Source: Candidatus Omnitrophota bacterium (GTDB lineage Bacteria; Omnitrophota; Gorgyraeia; Zapsychrales; JANLHA01). Taken from it: a stretch of DNA of 32,000 bases. The stretch covers positions 3,090,001 to 3,122,000 of the forward strand of contig OY759724.1 of the NCBI GenBank assembly GCA_963662715.1. Reading direction: 5' to 3'. Shown piece after piece: positions 1 to 9,845 of this stretch. A model generated the notes under the pieces. The model worked only from the letters and a program-made list of their open reading frames with translations. It was not told the DNA's origin and made no database searches. The position numbers and the translations under genes are program-made. Numbering within the stretch: position 1 is the first letter of the stretch; every line of letters begins with the position of its first letter.

Positions 1-140
1 CGACTCAGGTCCTAAGGCTGGCTATCAACCGGATGATTCCTTCCGGGAAGTTAGGCAATAAAGTCCGCACACATTTGCGCATTTATGCTGGAGATAAACA
101 TAATCATCAGGCACAAAAACCGATTCCAATTGAGATATAA
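1..140 (+). CDS. rplM: 50S ribosomal protein L13, C-terminal fragment (5' end lies outside the window)
   Basis: Frame +3 is open from the window edge and reads ...RMIPSGKLGNKVRTHLRIYAGDKHNHQAQKPIPIEI*, with stop TAA at 138-140. The YAG..H.H.AQ.P ending is typical of L13. It sits directly upstream of rpsI, as in the conserved rplM-rpsI operon. Confidence 0.85.
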   Translation, partial: TQVLRLAINRMIPSGKLGNKVRTHLRIYAGDKHNHQAQKPIPIEI

Positions 141-158
141 TAAGCGGAGGTAATTTCG

Positions 159-554
159 ATGGTCGAACTAGTGAAATACGGAGCAACCGGCAGACGAAAA
201 AGTTCTGTTGCCCGTGTTGAACTTATTCCCGGACAAGGGAAAATTCAGGTTAATAAAAAGGATTTTGTTGAATATTTTCAACGGGAAACAGACCGTTTGA
301 CAATTATCGAACCCCTGAAACTTACGAATACCTTGAAAAAATTCGACGTATTGGCAAAGATTGTCGGTGGGGGGACAACAGGACAGGCTGGAGCCTTCCG
401 TTTAGGGCTGTCCCGGGCCTTGGTGAAATTTGATCAGGAAAATAAAGGTGTATTAAAAAAAGCGGACTGCTTGAGACGCGACCCCAGGATGAAAGAAAGG
501 AAGAAACCCGGACAAAAGGGAGCGAGGAAAAAATTCCAATGGGTTAAGCGTTAA
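159..554 (+). CDS. rpsI: 30S ribosomal protein S9
   Basis: 131 aa. It has the GRRKSSVARV motif near the N-terminus and a basic C-terminus ending ...KKFQWVKR, typical of S9. A GGAGG Shine-Dalgarno sits about 8 nt upstream of the ATG. Confidence 0.97.
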   Translation: MVELVKYGATGRRKSSVARVELIPGQGKIQVNKKDFVEYFQRETDRLTIIEPLKLTNTLKKFDVLAKIVGGGTTGQAGAFRLGLSRALVKFDQENKGVLKKADCLRRDPRMKERKKPGQKGARKKFQWVKR

Positions 555-576
555 TATTTTAAAGAATTTGTTAATA

Positions 577-627
577 AAAAACCTATCTCCCTCGAGAAAA
601 GAGTTGACGAGATAGGTTTTTTATTTT
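577..627 (+). terminator. Rho-independent terminator after rpsI
   Basis: Inverted repeat acctatctc (581-589) / gagataggt (609-617), extended by flanking A/T pairs and followed by a T-run (617-622, then ttatttt). The loop is large (about 19 nt), so confidence is moderate. Confidence 0.6.
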
Positions 628-680
628 AATATAAACCATTATTCTTCAACAAATTAACATTTTTTTGGAGGTCTCGAACC

Positions 681-1712
681 GTGGAACCTCATATTATACG
701 GGTCGGAATTATCGGTGTCAGCGGGTACTCCGGCGGAACGGTTTTAGAATATTTACTTCATCATCCTTATGTCCGCGTCACATATGTTTCTGCCAATAAC
801 ACGGAAGGGCGCATCACGGATATATGGCCCAGGCTGCAGGGACAGACAAAACTTGTCTGCCGCCCATATTGTTATGAAGAAGCTGTCGAAAAATGCGACG
901 TGGTTTTTCTCGCGGTTCCGCACACCGTTGCCTTTACCGTTGCCCCCCCATTACTCAGAGCCGGCATTAAAGTCATTGATTTGAGCGGTGATTACCGGCT
1001 GAATTCTCCGCTAACTTATAAAAAATGGTACGGGAAAGCCCATAAAGATAAAAATAACCTTAAAAAAGCGATTTACGGATTGCCGGAACTATTCCGGGTC
1101 GCCATCCGGGATGCGGATCTGATTTCTAACCCGGGGTGTTATCCCACAGCCGCTCTGCTCGCCTTAGCTCCTATGGCTGCCATCTATTCTGACAATATTG
1201 CCGGCATCATTATTGATGCGAAATCAGGAGTCAGCGGAGCCGGGAAAAAAGTGCATTCCGCTTTCATGTTCGGTCATGTTCATGAAAACTTTAAAGCTTA
1301 TAAAGTATTGAATCATCAGCATGCTCCGGAAATAGAACAATTTTTGAACAGGATCGCGCGCCATACGCTCCCCATGACCTTTGTCCCGCATCTCTTGCCT
1401 GTTTTTCGCGGTATTTTAGAGACGATTTATATTCAACTGGACGGCACAATATCCCTATCCGATATTTACACACTATATAGCCGCTTCTATAAAACAGAAT
1501 CTTTTGTCCGGGTTCTCCCTTTAGGCTCACAGGTGGAAACACGGCATGTCTGGGGAACCAATTATTGCGATCTGAGTCTGGCCCTGAATGAATCAAAAGA
1601 TATGCTTGTTATCACGAGTGTCATTGATAACCTTGTGAAAGGGGCTGCCGGACAGGCGATTCAGAATATGAACATTATGTGTAACTTTGCTGAAGAAACA
1701 TCTTTATTGTAG
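681..1712 (+). CDS. argC: N-acetyl-gamma-glutamyl-phosphate reductase
   Basis: 343 aa with a GTG start and GGAGG 10 nt upstream. It has an N-terminal Rossmann motif (GIIGVSGYSGG) and the catalytic-Cys motif SNPGCYPTA. It is the first gene of an arg cluster. Confidence 0.95.
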   Translation: MEPHIIRVGIIGVSGYSGGTVLEYLLHHPYVRVTYVSANNTEGRITDIWPRLQGQTKLVCRPYCYEEAVEKCDVVFLAVPHTVAFTVAPPLLRAGIKVIDLSGDYRLNSPLTYKKWYGKAHKDKNNLKKAIYGLPELFRVAIRDADLISNPGCYPTAALLALAPMAAIYSDNIAGIIIDAKSGVSGAGKKVHSAFMFGHVHENFKAYKVLNHQHAPEIEQFLNRIARHTLPMTFVPHLLPVFRGILETIYIQLDGTISLSDIYTLYSRFYKTESFVRVLPLGSQVETRHVWGTNYCDLSLALNESKDMLVITSVIDNLVKGAAGQAIQNMNIMCNFAEETSLL

Positions 1713-1729
1713 ATGCATGGTGTAATGTT

Positions 1730-2872
1730 ATGAAAAAAATTTCCAAAGGTGGAGTGACATCAGCCCGGGGCTTCAAGGCCAACGGCTTAAACTGCGGTAT
1801 CAAGCGTTCGGGCAAACCGGACCTGGCCCTGATCGCGAGCGAAGTCCCCTGCAGCGCTGCCGGGATATACACAAAGAATTCCATTATCGCAGCGCCATTG
1901 CTTGTGACGAAAAAACATCTGAAAAATTCCAAAGCGCAGGCCATTATCATAAACAGCGGAAATGCGAATTGTTTTACCGGCCACTTCGGACATGTTTATG
2001 CCCAAAAGATGGCGGAGCACACGGCCAAAGGTCTGGATATTCCGACATCCGATGTCCTTGTGGCTTCAACCGGCATTATCGGCAAACCTTTACCGGTCAA
2101 AAAAATAACAACGGCTGTCCCCCAATTGATTAAGGGATTAAGCCGCCGCAAAGCCACTTTAGCGGCCAGGGGGATACTGACAACAGATACCTTTGTCAAG
2201 GAGATCGCCGTCACAGTTCCGATTGCCGGGAAACCGGTGACTTTAGGCGCCTGCGCCAAAGGTTCCGGGATGATCGAGCCACATATGGCGACGATGCTCG
2301 CCTTCATTACCTCTGACATCGCAATTCAGCCTTCCTGTCTGAGACACGCATTAAAGGAAGCAGCTCATTCGACTTTTAACAGCATTACGGTCGACGGCTG
2401 TATGAGCACAAATGATATGGTCGTGATCATGGCCAATGGATTGGCCGGGAACCGGCCTTTGACACGCGGCAGCAGGGACTTTAAGATATTTTTCAATGCC
2501 CTGCGGCATGTCTGCCTTGGACTTGCCAAAATGATCGTCCGGGACGGGGAAGGGGCGACAAAATTCATCGAAGTCACTGTTAACGGGGGCAAGGATGAAC
2601 GCACGGCTAAAATCATAGCGAAGAAAATCGCGAATTCAAACCTGGTTAAAACAGCGGCTTTCGGCAGTAATCCGAACTGGGGGCGGGTAGCGGCGGCGGT
2701 GGGATCTTTGAGTCTCCCTGTCCGGGAACAGGATTTGAAAATCAAATTCAGCTCATTTAAAAAGAAAGATATCCGAATAACCGTTGACTGCCATTTGGGA
2801 CAGGCGGCCGCAACTGTTTACACATCGGATTTATCTTATGAATATGTCCGCATAAACGGAGAATACAATTAA
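1730..2872 (+). CDS. argJ: Bifunctional ornithine acetyltransferase / N-acetylglutamate synthase
   Basis: 380 aa. It contains the ArgJ autoproteolysis region ...GMIEPHMATMLAFITSD (A|T cleavage motif ATML). Confidence 0.95.
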   Translation: MKKISKGGVTSARGFKANGLNCGIKRSGKPDLALIASEVPCSAAGIYTKNSIIAAPLLVTKKHLKNSKAQAIIINSGNANCFTGHFGHVYAQKMAEHTAKGLDIPTSDVLVASTGIIGKPLPVKKITTAVPQLIKGLSRRKATLAARGILTTDTFVKEIAVTVPIAGKPVTLGACAKGSGMIEPHMATMLAFITSDIAIQPSCLRHALKEAAHSTFNSITVDGCMSTNDMVVIMANGLAGNRPLTRGSRDFKIFFNALRHVCLGLAKMIVRDGEGATKFIEVTVNGGKDERTAKIIAKKIANSNLVKTAAFGSNPNWGRVAAAVGSLSLPVREQDLKIKFSSFKKKDIRITVDCHLGQAAATVYTSDLSYEYVRINGEYN

Positions 2873-2890
2873 ATTCATTGGAACTTAAAT

Positions 2891-3745
2891 ATGGAATCCA
2901 TTATCCGAAAAGCAGGTGTTTTAGTTGAAGCTATCCCGTATATTCACGCGTTCAGGAAAAAAATTTTTGTCATCAAATACGGGGGAAGCATTCTCGAGAA
3001 CAAGGCCATTCGCAAATATGTCCTGGAAGATATCGTCTTTCTAAGTTATGTCGGAATACGCATTATCCTGGTCCATGGCGGAGGCCCTTTCATCAGCTCC
3101 CGCCTGAAAGAGAAAGGCATTAAACCCGTCTTTCATGACGGAATCCGGGTAACGGACAAGCATACCCTGCAAATCGTTTCGGAAGAGCTTGATAAATTAA
3201 ATAAAAATATCGTGACGGAAATACAGGAGCTCAAAGGCGATGTGACAGGATTGAAGGGAGAAGAGAATATCATCCACGTTGAAAAGAAGAAAGCGCGCGA
3301 GGAACTCGGATTTGTGGGAACCATCAAAAATATCGAACGAAAGGCCATTCGGGAACACTTAAGACGCGGACACATCACCGTTATTTCCCCTATGGGCATC
3401 AGCGGTGAGCAACAGCCGCATAATGTCAATGCTGACGAGGTTGCCAGCGCCATTGCATCATCGATGAAAGCGGAAAAACTTGTGCTTTTAACAAACGTCA
3501 CCGGGGTTATGCGAAAGGCGGCTGATCCGGACTCCCTGATCTCCACATTACATGCCAAGAAGATCGAAACCCTTATTAAAGAAAAAATTATCCAAGGCGG
3601 CATGATTCCCAAAGTCGATGCTTGCATCAAAGCGCTTTACGGAGGCGTTAATAAAACTCATATCATTGACGCCCGTCTGCGCCATGCCTTATTGCTTGAA
3701 ATCTTTACCGACCGAGGTATCGGGACACAAATCATAAAAAAATAG
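2891..3745 (+). CDS. argB: Acetylglutamate kinase
   Basis: 284 aa. It carries the amino-acid-kinase motifs VIKYGGS and LVHGGGP and lies between argJ and argD. Confidence 0.95.
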   Translation: MESIIRKAGVLVEAIPYIHAFRKKIFVIKYGGSILENKAIRKYVLEDIVFLSYVGIRIILVHGGGPFISSRLKEKGIKPVFHDGIRVTDKHTLQIVSEELDKLNKNIVTEIQELKGDVTGLKGEENIIHVEKKKAREELGFVGTIKNIERKAIREHLRRGHITVISPMGISGEQQPHNVNADEVASAIASSMKAEKLVLLTNVTGVMRKAADPDSLISTLHAKKIETLIKEKIIQGGMIPKVDACIKALYGGVNKTHIIDARLRHALLLEIFTDRGIGTQIIKK

Positions 3746-3755
3746 GATCATTCCA

Positions 3756-4943
3756 ATGAAAAAACAGGATATTTATAAGGCCTATGATGAATATATTCTG
3801 AATACATATACACGTGTGCCTGCGATTTTTGTCAAAGGCAAAGGGATGACTTTAATTGACATTTCCGGGAAAAAATATCTGGATTTCTTTCCGGGCTGGG
3901 GCGTCAACAGCGTAGGACACTGTCACCCCAAGGTCCTGTCGGCTGTCCGGGACCAAATCGGCCGACTTATCCACGTCCCTAATAATCTGTATCATCCGGG
4001 TCAGGCAAAACTGGCAAAGGAAATCATCCGGACATCCTTCCCGGGAAAAGTTTTTTTCTGCAATTCGGGCGCCGAAGCCTGTGAAGCCGCGATCAAATTT
4101 GCCCGGGCTTACGGGCAGAAGAAGCGTTATGAGATTATTACGATGCAGAATTCTTTTCACGGGAGAACGCTCGGCGCCTTATCGGCCACCGGACAGCCCA
4201 AATATCAAAACGGCTTTGCCCCCTTGCCGGACGGTTTCACGGCCGTGCCTTTCAATGATTTTAAGGCTGTAGAAGCAGCCCTTACGGATAAAACTGTCGC
4301 CATTATTCTGGAATTAGTGCAGGGCGAGGGCGGCATTCATATCGCTGACCAGCAATATATTAAAGCGTTAAGAGAACTTTGCGACAAGAGGGATATCCTG
4401 CTGTTCTTTGATGAAGTTCAGACGGGGCTGGGACGTACCGGTGAAATGTACGCGTTCAAGCATTACAACGTCCAGCCTGACGGATTTATGCTTGCGAAAG
4501 CTTTGGGAGGCGGGTTGCCTATCGGAGCTTTTGTTGCCGGGAAGGCTGTGGCAGAAACCTTCAAACCGGGAATGCATGCTTCCACTTTTGGCGGAAGCCC
4601 ATTGGTCTGCCGGGCTTCTTTAGGGGTTTTTAAGGCCATCCATTCACAAAAAATGCTGCAGAACACCAAGAAAATGGGACGGCTTATCATGCAGGAACTT
4701 CAGGCACTCAAACGGAAACATCCCTGTATAACAGATATCCGGGGCCTGGGGCTGATGATCGGCATCGAGTTATCCATGCCCGGGGACGCCATTGTTAAAT
4801 ATTGCTTTGAAAAGGGGCTCCTGATCAACTGCACCCAGCAGAAGATACTGCGGCTCATGCCCGCCTTAAACGTCACCCAGCGGCAGATAAAAAAGGCCCT
4901 GGGGATCCTTGAACAGGCCATTTCCGAAGCCGGACAAAATTGA
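3756..4943 (+). CDS. argD: Acetylornithine aminotransferase (class III PLP aminotransferase)
   Basis: 395 aa. It has the motifs FFCNSGAEACEAAIK, DEVQTGLGRTG and the PLP-lysine region LAKALGGGLPIGA, as in ArgD. Confidence 0.9.
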   Translation: MKKQDIYKAYDEYILNTYTRVPAIFVKGKGMTLIDISGKKYLDFFPGWGVNSVGHCHPKVLSAVRDQIGRLIHVPNNLYHPGQAKLAKEIIRTSFPGKVFFCNSGAEACEAAIKFARAYGQKKRYEIITMQNSFHGRTLGALSATGQPKYQNGFAPLPDGFTAVPFNDFKAVEAALTDKTVAIILELVQGEGGIHIADQQYIKALRELCDKRDILLFFDEVQTGLGRTGEMYAFKHYNVQPDGFMLAKALGGGLPIGAFVAGKAVAETFKPGMHASTFGGSPLVCRASLGVFKAIHSQKMLQNTKKMGRLIMQELQALKRKHPCITDIRGLGLMIGIELSMPGDAIVKYCFEKGLLINCTQQKILRLMPALNVTQRQIKKALGILEQAISEAGQN

Positions 4944-4952
4944 GGACGACCT

Positions 4953-5867
4953 ATGAAGAAAAATCTTACAAGTTTGGAAAATTTAAACACACAGGATCTT
5001 TTATATATCATTAATGAGGGGTTGCGTCTAAAAGCGGACCGTTACAGCGAATCTTTTATTCTGAAAAACAAAACATTAGCTTTGATTTTTCAAAAGCCTT
5101 CCAACCGCACCCGGGTCTCTTTTGAAGTGGGCATCCATCAACTGGGCGGGAAGTGCCTTTACCTCGGTCCGGATGAGATCAATTTGGGCAAAAGGGAATC
5201 AGCCTCTGATGTGGCGGCGACATTGTCCCGTTATTTAGACGGGATTATCGCCCGGACTTTTAAACATGAAGATATCGTGAAATTAAGCCAGACGGCAACA
5301 ATTCCGATCATTAACGGGCTGTCAGACCGGTTTCACCCCTGTCAAGCCCTGGCAGATCTTATGTCCATTAAAGAAAAATTCTCGCAATTTAAAGGGTTGA
5401 AGTTAGCTTATGTCGGGGACGGGAACAACGTTTGTCATTCGCTGCTCCTGGGTTGCGCAAAAGTCGGAGTACAAATGACTGTCGCCACTCCGGAAGGATA
5501 TGAGCCTGATGAGGACATCCTGCAGCAGGCGGTCCATACCGCCAAAGAGCAGGGGACAACGGTTTCATGTACGCACGCCCCCCGGGAGGCCGTACAGGGC
5601 GCCCATGTTATTTATACGGATGTCTGGACCAGTATGGGACAGGAAGATGAGCACGATGCCCGGCTCAAACGTTTTCAGGACTTCCAGATTAACGCTGAAC
5701 TTGTATCGCAAGCGGATAAAAAGTTTATTTTCATGCACTGTCTTCCGGCTCACCGCGGAGAGGAAGTGACGTCAGAGGTCATTGACGGACCACATTCCAT
5801 TGTCTTCGATCAGGCCGAAAACAGGCTGCATATTCAAAAAGCTGTTTTACTCTTTTTATTTTCTTGA
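4953..5867 (+). CDS. argF: Ornithine carbamoyltransferase
   Basis: 304 aa. It has the carbamoyl-phosphate motif SNRTRVSFE (SxRTR), plus HPCQ, the ornithine-loop DVWTSMGQE (SMG) and HCLPAHRGEE. The SMG loop argues for canonical OTC rather than an acyl-ornithine transcarbamylase. Confidence 0.93.
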   Translation: MKKNLTSLENLNTQDLLYIINEGLRLKADRYSESFILKNKTLALIFQKPSNRTRVSFEVGIHQLGGKCLYLGPDEINLGKRESASDVAATLSRYLDGIIARTFKHEDIVKLSQTATIPIINGLSDRFHPCQALADLMSIKEKFSQFKGLKLAYVGDGNNVCHSLLLGCAKVGVQMTVATPEGYEPDEDILQQAVHTAKEQGTTVSCTHAPREAVQGAHVIYTDVWTSMGQEDEHDARLKRFQDFQINAELVSQADKKFIFMHCLPAHRGEEVTSEVIDGPHSIVFDQAENRLHIQKAVLLFLFS

Positions 5868-5986
5868 ATATATTGAGAGGAGCCCTTTCAATAAAGCCAG
5901 AACAGTCCTGACGGGACAAAAAGGGTTCCGAAGAAAATCCTGAAATTTTATCGATATCAATTTTTATCTTTTGGGAGAACAGAATT

Positions 5987-7165
5987 ATGAAAAAAAAAGT
6001 GGTGCTGGCTTACTCCGGGGGACTAGACACGTCCTGCGCGATAAAATGGCTTAATGACCGGGACTATCAGGTCATCGCTTTTATCGCCGATGTCGGACAA
6101 AATGAAAACTTTCAGCTCATAAAAAAACGCGCGGAAAAGACGGGGGCGGGTAAAGTCTATGTGCTGAATCTGCAAAAAGAATTCGTGCAGGATTATGTGT
6201 TCCCGGCACTCAAGGCCGGGGCCGTTTATGAAAACAAGTATCTCTTGGCTACGGCCCTGTCACGCCCGCTGATTGCCAAACACCTTGTCCACATTGCACA
6301 AAAAGAAAAAGCTTCCGCAGTGGCGCACGGCTGCACCGGGAAAGGGAATGACCAGGTGCGTTTTGAAACGACCGTCTCTATCCTCAATCCCAAACTCGAA
6401 CAGATCGCTCCGCTGCGTATCTGGGAATTCAAAACCCGGGAAGAAGAAATTGAATACGCCCAACGGCATAAAATCCCCGTGGATGTCACCAAGAAGAGTC
6501 CCTATAGTATCGATAAAAATCTTTACGGGCGCAGTATTGAATGCGGGGTTCTGGAAGATCCCTGGACCGAGCCTCCGGAAGAAATCTACCAGATGACACA
6601 AAGTCCGCAATCGGCCCCGCAGAAACCGCTGAATATCGAAATCGCTTTTCAGAAAGGCCTGCCGGTCAAAATTGACGGAAAAAAGTATCCGCCTGTCCAG
6701 CTTATCCATCATCTTAACCTCTTGGGAGGCCGGCACGGGGTGGGGAGAGTGGACTCGGTTGAAAACCGCCTGGTGGGGATCAAATCCCGGGAAATATACG
6801 AAAACCCTGCCGGGACAATACTGCATTGCGCACACCAGGAACTCGAATATCTGAATCTTGACCGGGAAACTTTACACTTCAAACATATATTAGCCTACAA
6901 ATATGCGGAGCTGATCTATTACGGCCTTTGGGAAACCCCGCTCAAGAAACAGCTGGATGCTTTCATGGACAAGACACAGGAAGAGATGACCGGAAGCGTG
7001 CGGGTAAAATTATATAAAGGGACCTGTACGGTCACAGGCCGCAAATCACCATTTTCCCGTTATCAGGAGGAATTGGCCACTTACGGCGATAAGGACGTAT
7101 TCGACCAAAAGTTAGCCGAGGGCTTCAACCGGCTCTGGAGCTTGCCCTACAGGAGATCATTCTGA
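5987..7165 (+). CDS. argG: Argininosuccinate synthase
   Basis: 392 aa. It has the ATP-binding motif AYSGGLDTS and the motif GCTGKGNDQVRFE. Confidence 0.96.
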   Translation: MKKKVVLAYSGGLDTSCAIKWLNDRDYQVIAFIADVGQNENFQLIKKRAEKTGAGKVYVLNLQKEFVQDYVFPALKAGAVYENKYLLATALSRPLIAKHLVHIAQKEKASAVAHGCTGKGNDQVRFETTVSILNPKLEQIAPLRIWEFKTREEEIEYAQRHKIPVDVTKKSPYSIDKNLYGRSIECGVLEDPWTEPPEEIYQMTQSPQSAPQKPLNIEIAFQKGLPVKIDGKKYPPVQLIHHLNLLGGRHGVGRVDSVENRLVGIKSREIYENPAGTILHCAHQELEYLNLDRETLHFKHILAYKYAELIYYGLWETPLKKQLDAFMDKTQEEMTGSVRVKLYKGTCTVTGRKSPFSRYQEELATYGDKDVFDQKLAEGFNRLWSLPYRRSF

Positions 7166-7209
7166 AAAAAAGACTCTAACCATTCAATTCGTTCAAGTGA
7201 GAGGGTAAC

Positions 7210-8553
7210 ATGAATAAATTATGGGGTGGACGTTTCAGCCAATCAACGGATAAACAAGTGGAAAATTTCACGAGGTCCATTCACTATGACCAGCAGCTCG
7301 CGAAATTTGACTGCTGGGGGTCTCTGGCCCATATTAACGTGCTCAAGAAAGCGAACCTTCTGACCCCGCAGGAGTATAAAAAACTGAAGTCCGGGCTGAA
7401 TAAAATTCTGACGTCTATCGCAAAGGGGACCTTTAAGCCTCATCCGTCTTTCGAAGATATTCATTCCTACATTCAGCATTTACTGGAGAAGGATAATTAT
7501 GCGGGGAAAGCCGCGCTCAAGCTGCATACCTGCCGGTCGCGGAATGACCAGGTTGTGCTCGACACCAAGCTTTTCTGTCTCGGGGAACTCTTAAAAACCG
7601 AAAAGGCTCTGCTGGGTTATATCCAAAGTCTGCAGGATTTGGCGCAACGGTACAAACATGTGGTCATGCCGGGATACACCCATTTACAGCATGCGATCCC
7701 GGTGGCCTTTTTTCAATACTGCGAAGCCTACATTCATATGGCTCACCGGGATGAAGAACGTTTGCTGCGCATATACAACAGCATTGAACTGACCATGGGG
7801 TCCGGGGCTTTGGCCGGCACCTTTTTGCCGGCATCCTTTTATCAACAAAAACTTCATCCCGACCTTAACAAAGACATTTCGCCGGCAACGAATTCCCTGG
7901 ATACCGTCAGTGACCGGGACTTTATTCTTGATATTTTGTCCTCTTTGTCCATCCTGGGAATGCATTTATCCCGTTTAGCTGAAGACCTGATTTTATGGGC
8001 GACAACGGAATTCAACTTCATTCATTTAGCTGATGCCTTCTGCACCGGCAGTTCGCTTATGCCCCAGAAAAAGAACCCGGATGTCCTGGAGTTGGTCCGC
8101 GGATATACCGGCCGCCTTTACGGTCATCAGATGAGCGTGCTCGTTGTCATGAAAGGACTGCCGCTCACGTACAACCGGGATATGCAGCTTGATAAAGAAC
8201 CGCTTTTCGATTCTTTCCGGATCGCCCAGGACAGTCTGCAGGTTCTGACAGAATTGTTGACCCATATGCAGCTGAATGAAGAAAGCATTAAAAAACAACT
8301 GGATGACGAATCACTTTACGCAACGGACTTGGCGGATTTTCTGGTACAGAAAAAGGTGCCGTTCAAAGAGGCCCACCATATCATAGGGCAGCTTGTTCAG
8401 AACAAGATAAAAACCGGCATCCCTATCCTTGAGATGGATGATAAAACACTGCAAAGAATTCACCCCCTGTTAAGTCATAAAGTTGTCAGCCGTATCATGA
8501 AACCGGAAGAATCCGTTAAAAGCAAGAAATCCACAGCCAAGAAAAGGGTTTAA
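7210..8553 (+). CDS. argH: Argininosuccinate lyase
   Basis: 447 aa. It carries the fumarate-lyase signature GSSLMPQKKNPD, and its N-terminus KLWGGRF is typical of ArgH. Confidence 0.96.
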   Translation: MNKLWGGRFSQSTDKQVENFTRSIHYDQQLAKFDCWGSLAHINVLKKANLLTPQEYKKLKSGLNKILTSIAKGTFKPHPSFEDIHSYIQHLLEKDNYAGKAALKLHTCRSRNDQVVLDTKLFCLGELLKTEKALLGYIQSLQDLAQRYKHVVMPGYTHLQHAIPVAFFQYCEAYIHMAHRDEERLLRIYNSIELTMGSGALAGTFLPASFYQQKLHPDLNKDISPATNSLDTVSDRDFILDILSSLSILGMHLSRLAEDLILWATTEFNFIHLADAFCTGSSLMPQKKNPDVLELVRGYTGRLYGHQMSVLVVMKGLPLTYNRDMQLDKEPLFDSFRIAQDSLQVLTELLTHMQLNEESIKKQLDDESLYATDLADFLVQKKVPFKEAHHIIGQLVQNKIKTGIPILEMDDKTLQRIHPLLSHKVVSRIMKPEESVKSKKSTAKKRV

Positions 8554-8557
8554 AAAT

Positions 8558-9814
8558 ATGCACGACTTTCACTTTAAAGACGGGGAACTTTTTTGCGAGG
8601 AGGTCCGCGTGAGCGATATCGCAAAAAAGGAAGGGACCCCTTTTTATCTTTACAGTTACAAAACATTAACAGAGCATTATCAGAAAATCCAAGAGGCCTT
8701 TGCCTCGCTCAACCCCTTGATCTGTTTCGCCATGAAAGCGAACGGCAATCTGGCCGTTATCAAAGCCCTGATCGGGCAAGGGGCAGGCTTAGACATTGTT
8801 TCCGGAGGAGAACTAAAGAAAGCTCTAAAGGCGGAGGCTGATCCGAAAAAAATCGTTTTTGCTTCTGTCGGAAAAACGGACGAGGAGATCCGGCTTGCCT
8901 TGCAAACGGACATTTTATTTTTCAATGTGGAATCTATTGCGGAACTGGAACGGATCAACTCGATCGCCCGGGAACTCAATAAAAAAGCGCCCATCGCCAT
9001 CCGTATCAACCCCGATGTTGAGGCGGCAACGCATGAGTTCATTACGACCGGGACATTAAAAAACAAATTCGGGATCGATCTGTCTTCCGCCCGGGAACTG
9101 CTGAAAAAATCCCATGAATTGCAGCATATCGACATCATCGGTCTGCACATTCACATCGGCTCTCAGATCATTTCCAGTGAACCTTTTATTAAAGCCATTA
9201 AAAGAGTCAAAGAATTTATTGATGAACTGAAAGCGGACAACATTCAAATAAGTTATCTGGATATCGGCGGGGGGCTGGGGATCATTTATAAAGATGAGAA
9301 ACCGCAAACAGCCCAGCAGTTCGCGGAAGCCGTGATTCCCTGCCTGGAGAAGACCGGGCTTAAAATCGTCATGGAACCGGGACGCTTCATTGCCGGTAAT
9401 GCCGGCATTTTCGTGACAAAGGTTCTGTATTTTAAAGACAACGGCTTCAAGAAATTTCTCATCGTTGACGGGGGGATGAATGATCTGATCCGGCCGTCTT
9501 TTTACGGGGCTTATCATGAAATTGTTCCGGTTAAGCCAACAGACGAGGAATGCGTCCAGGTTGATGTTGTCGGGCCGATCTGCGAAAGCGGCGATTATCT
9601 GGGAAAAGCCCGGCAGCTCCCCTTGCTGCCTTCCGGGGAATTATTGGCCGTGATGAGCACCGGGGCCTATGGATTTGTCATGGCGAGCAACTACAATATG
9701 CGCTGCCGGGTTCCGGAAATCATGGTGAAAGGCCGTGACTTTGCTGTTATTCGTCAACGGGAAACATTCGAAGATCTGATCAGGCCGGAACGTATCCCGG
9801 ATTTCCTTTCCTGA
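8558..9814 (+). CDS. lysA: Diaminopimelate decarboxylase
   Basis: 418 aa. It has the PLP-lysine motif FAMKAN, plus GGGLGI and CESGD. It starts 4 nt after the argH stop. Confidence 0.93.
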   Translation: MHDFHFKDGELFCEEVRVSDIAKKEGTPFYLYSYKTLTEHYQKIQEAFASLNPLICFAMKANGNLAVIKALIGQGAGLDIVSGGELKKALKAEADPKKIVFASVGKTDEEIRLALQTDILFFNVESIAELERINSIARELNKKAPIAIRINPDVEAATHEFITTGTLKNKFGIDLSSARELLKKSHELQHIDIIGLHIHIGSQIISSEPFIKAIKRVKEFIDELKADNIQISYLDIGGGLGIIYKDEKPQTAQQFAEAVIPCLEKTGLKIVMEPGRFIAGNAGIFVTKVLYFKDNGFKKFLIVDGGMNDLIRPSFYGAYHEIVPVKPTDEECVQVDVVGPICESGDYLGKARQLPLLPSGELLAVMSTGAYGFVMASNYNMRCRVPEIMVKGRDFAVIRQRETFEDLIRPERIPDFLS

Positions 9815-9845
9815 GACGGCATTTTTCATTAAGGGAGCATATTTC

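Noticed and set aside
5941-5954. ARG-box-like sequence TGAAATTTTATCGA upstream of argG.
   Set aside because: It matches only about 11 of 14 positions of TGAATwwwwATTCA. It is a single copy, whereas ArgR operators are usually tandem pairs. It sits in AT-rich DNA, and no comparable site lies upstream of argC.
6260-6835. 191-aa minus-strand ORF inside argG. Similar long antisense ORFs occur at 3133-3630, 8680-9150, 9056-9517, 16650-17087, 18543-19022 and 28117-28560.
   Set aside because: Each lies entirely antisense to a gene with unmistakable conserved motifs. The translations are low-complexity, rich in R/S/P/F, and show no recognisable motifs, starts or RBS. They are typical shadow ORFs.
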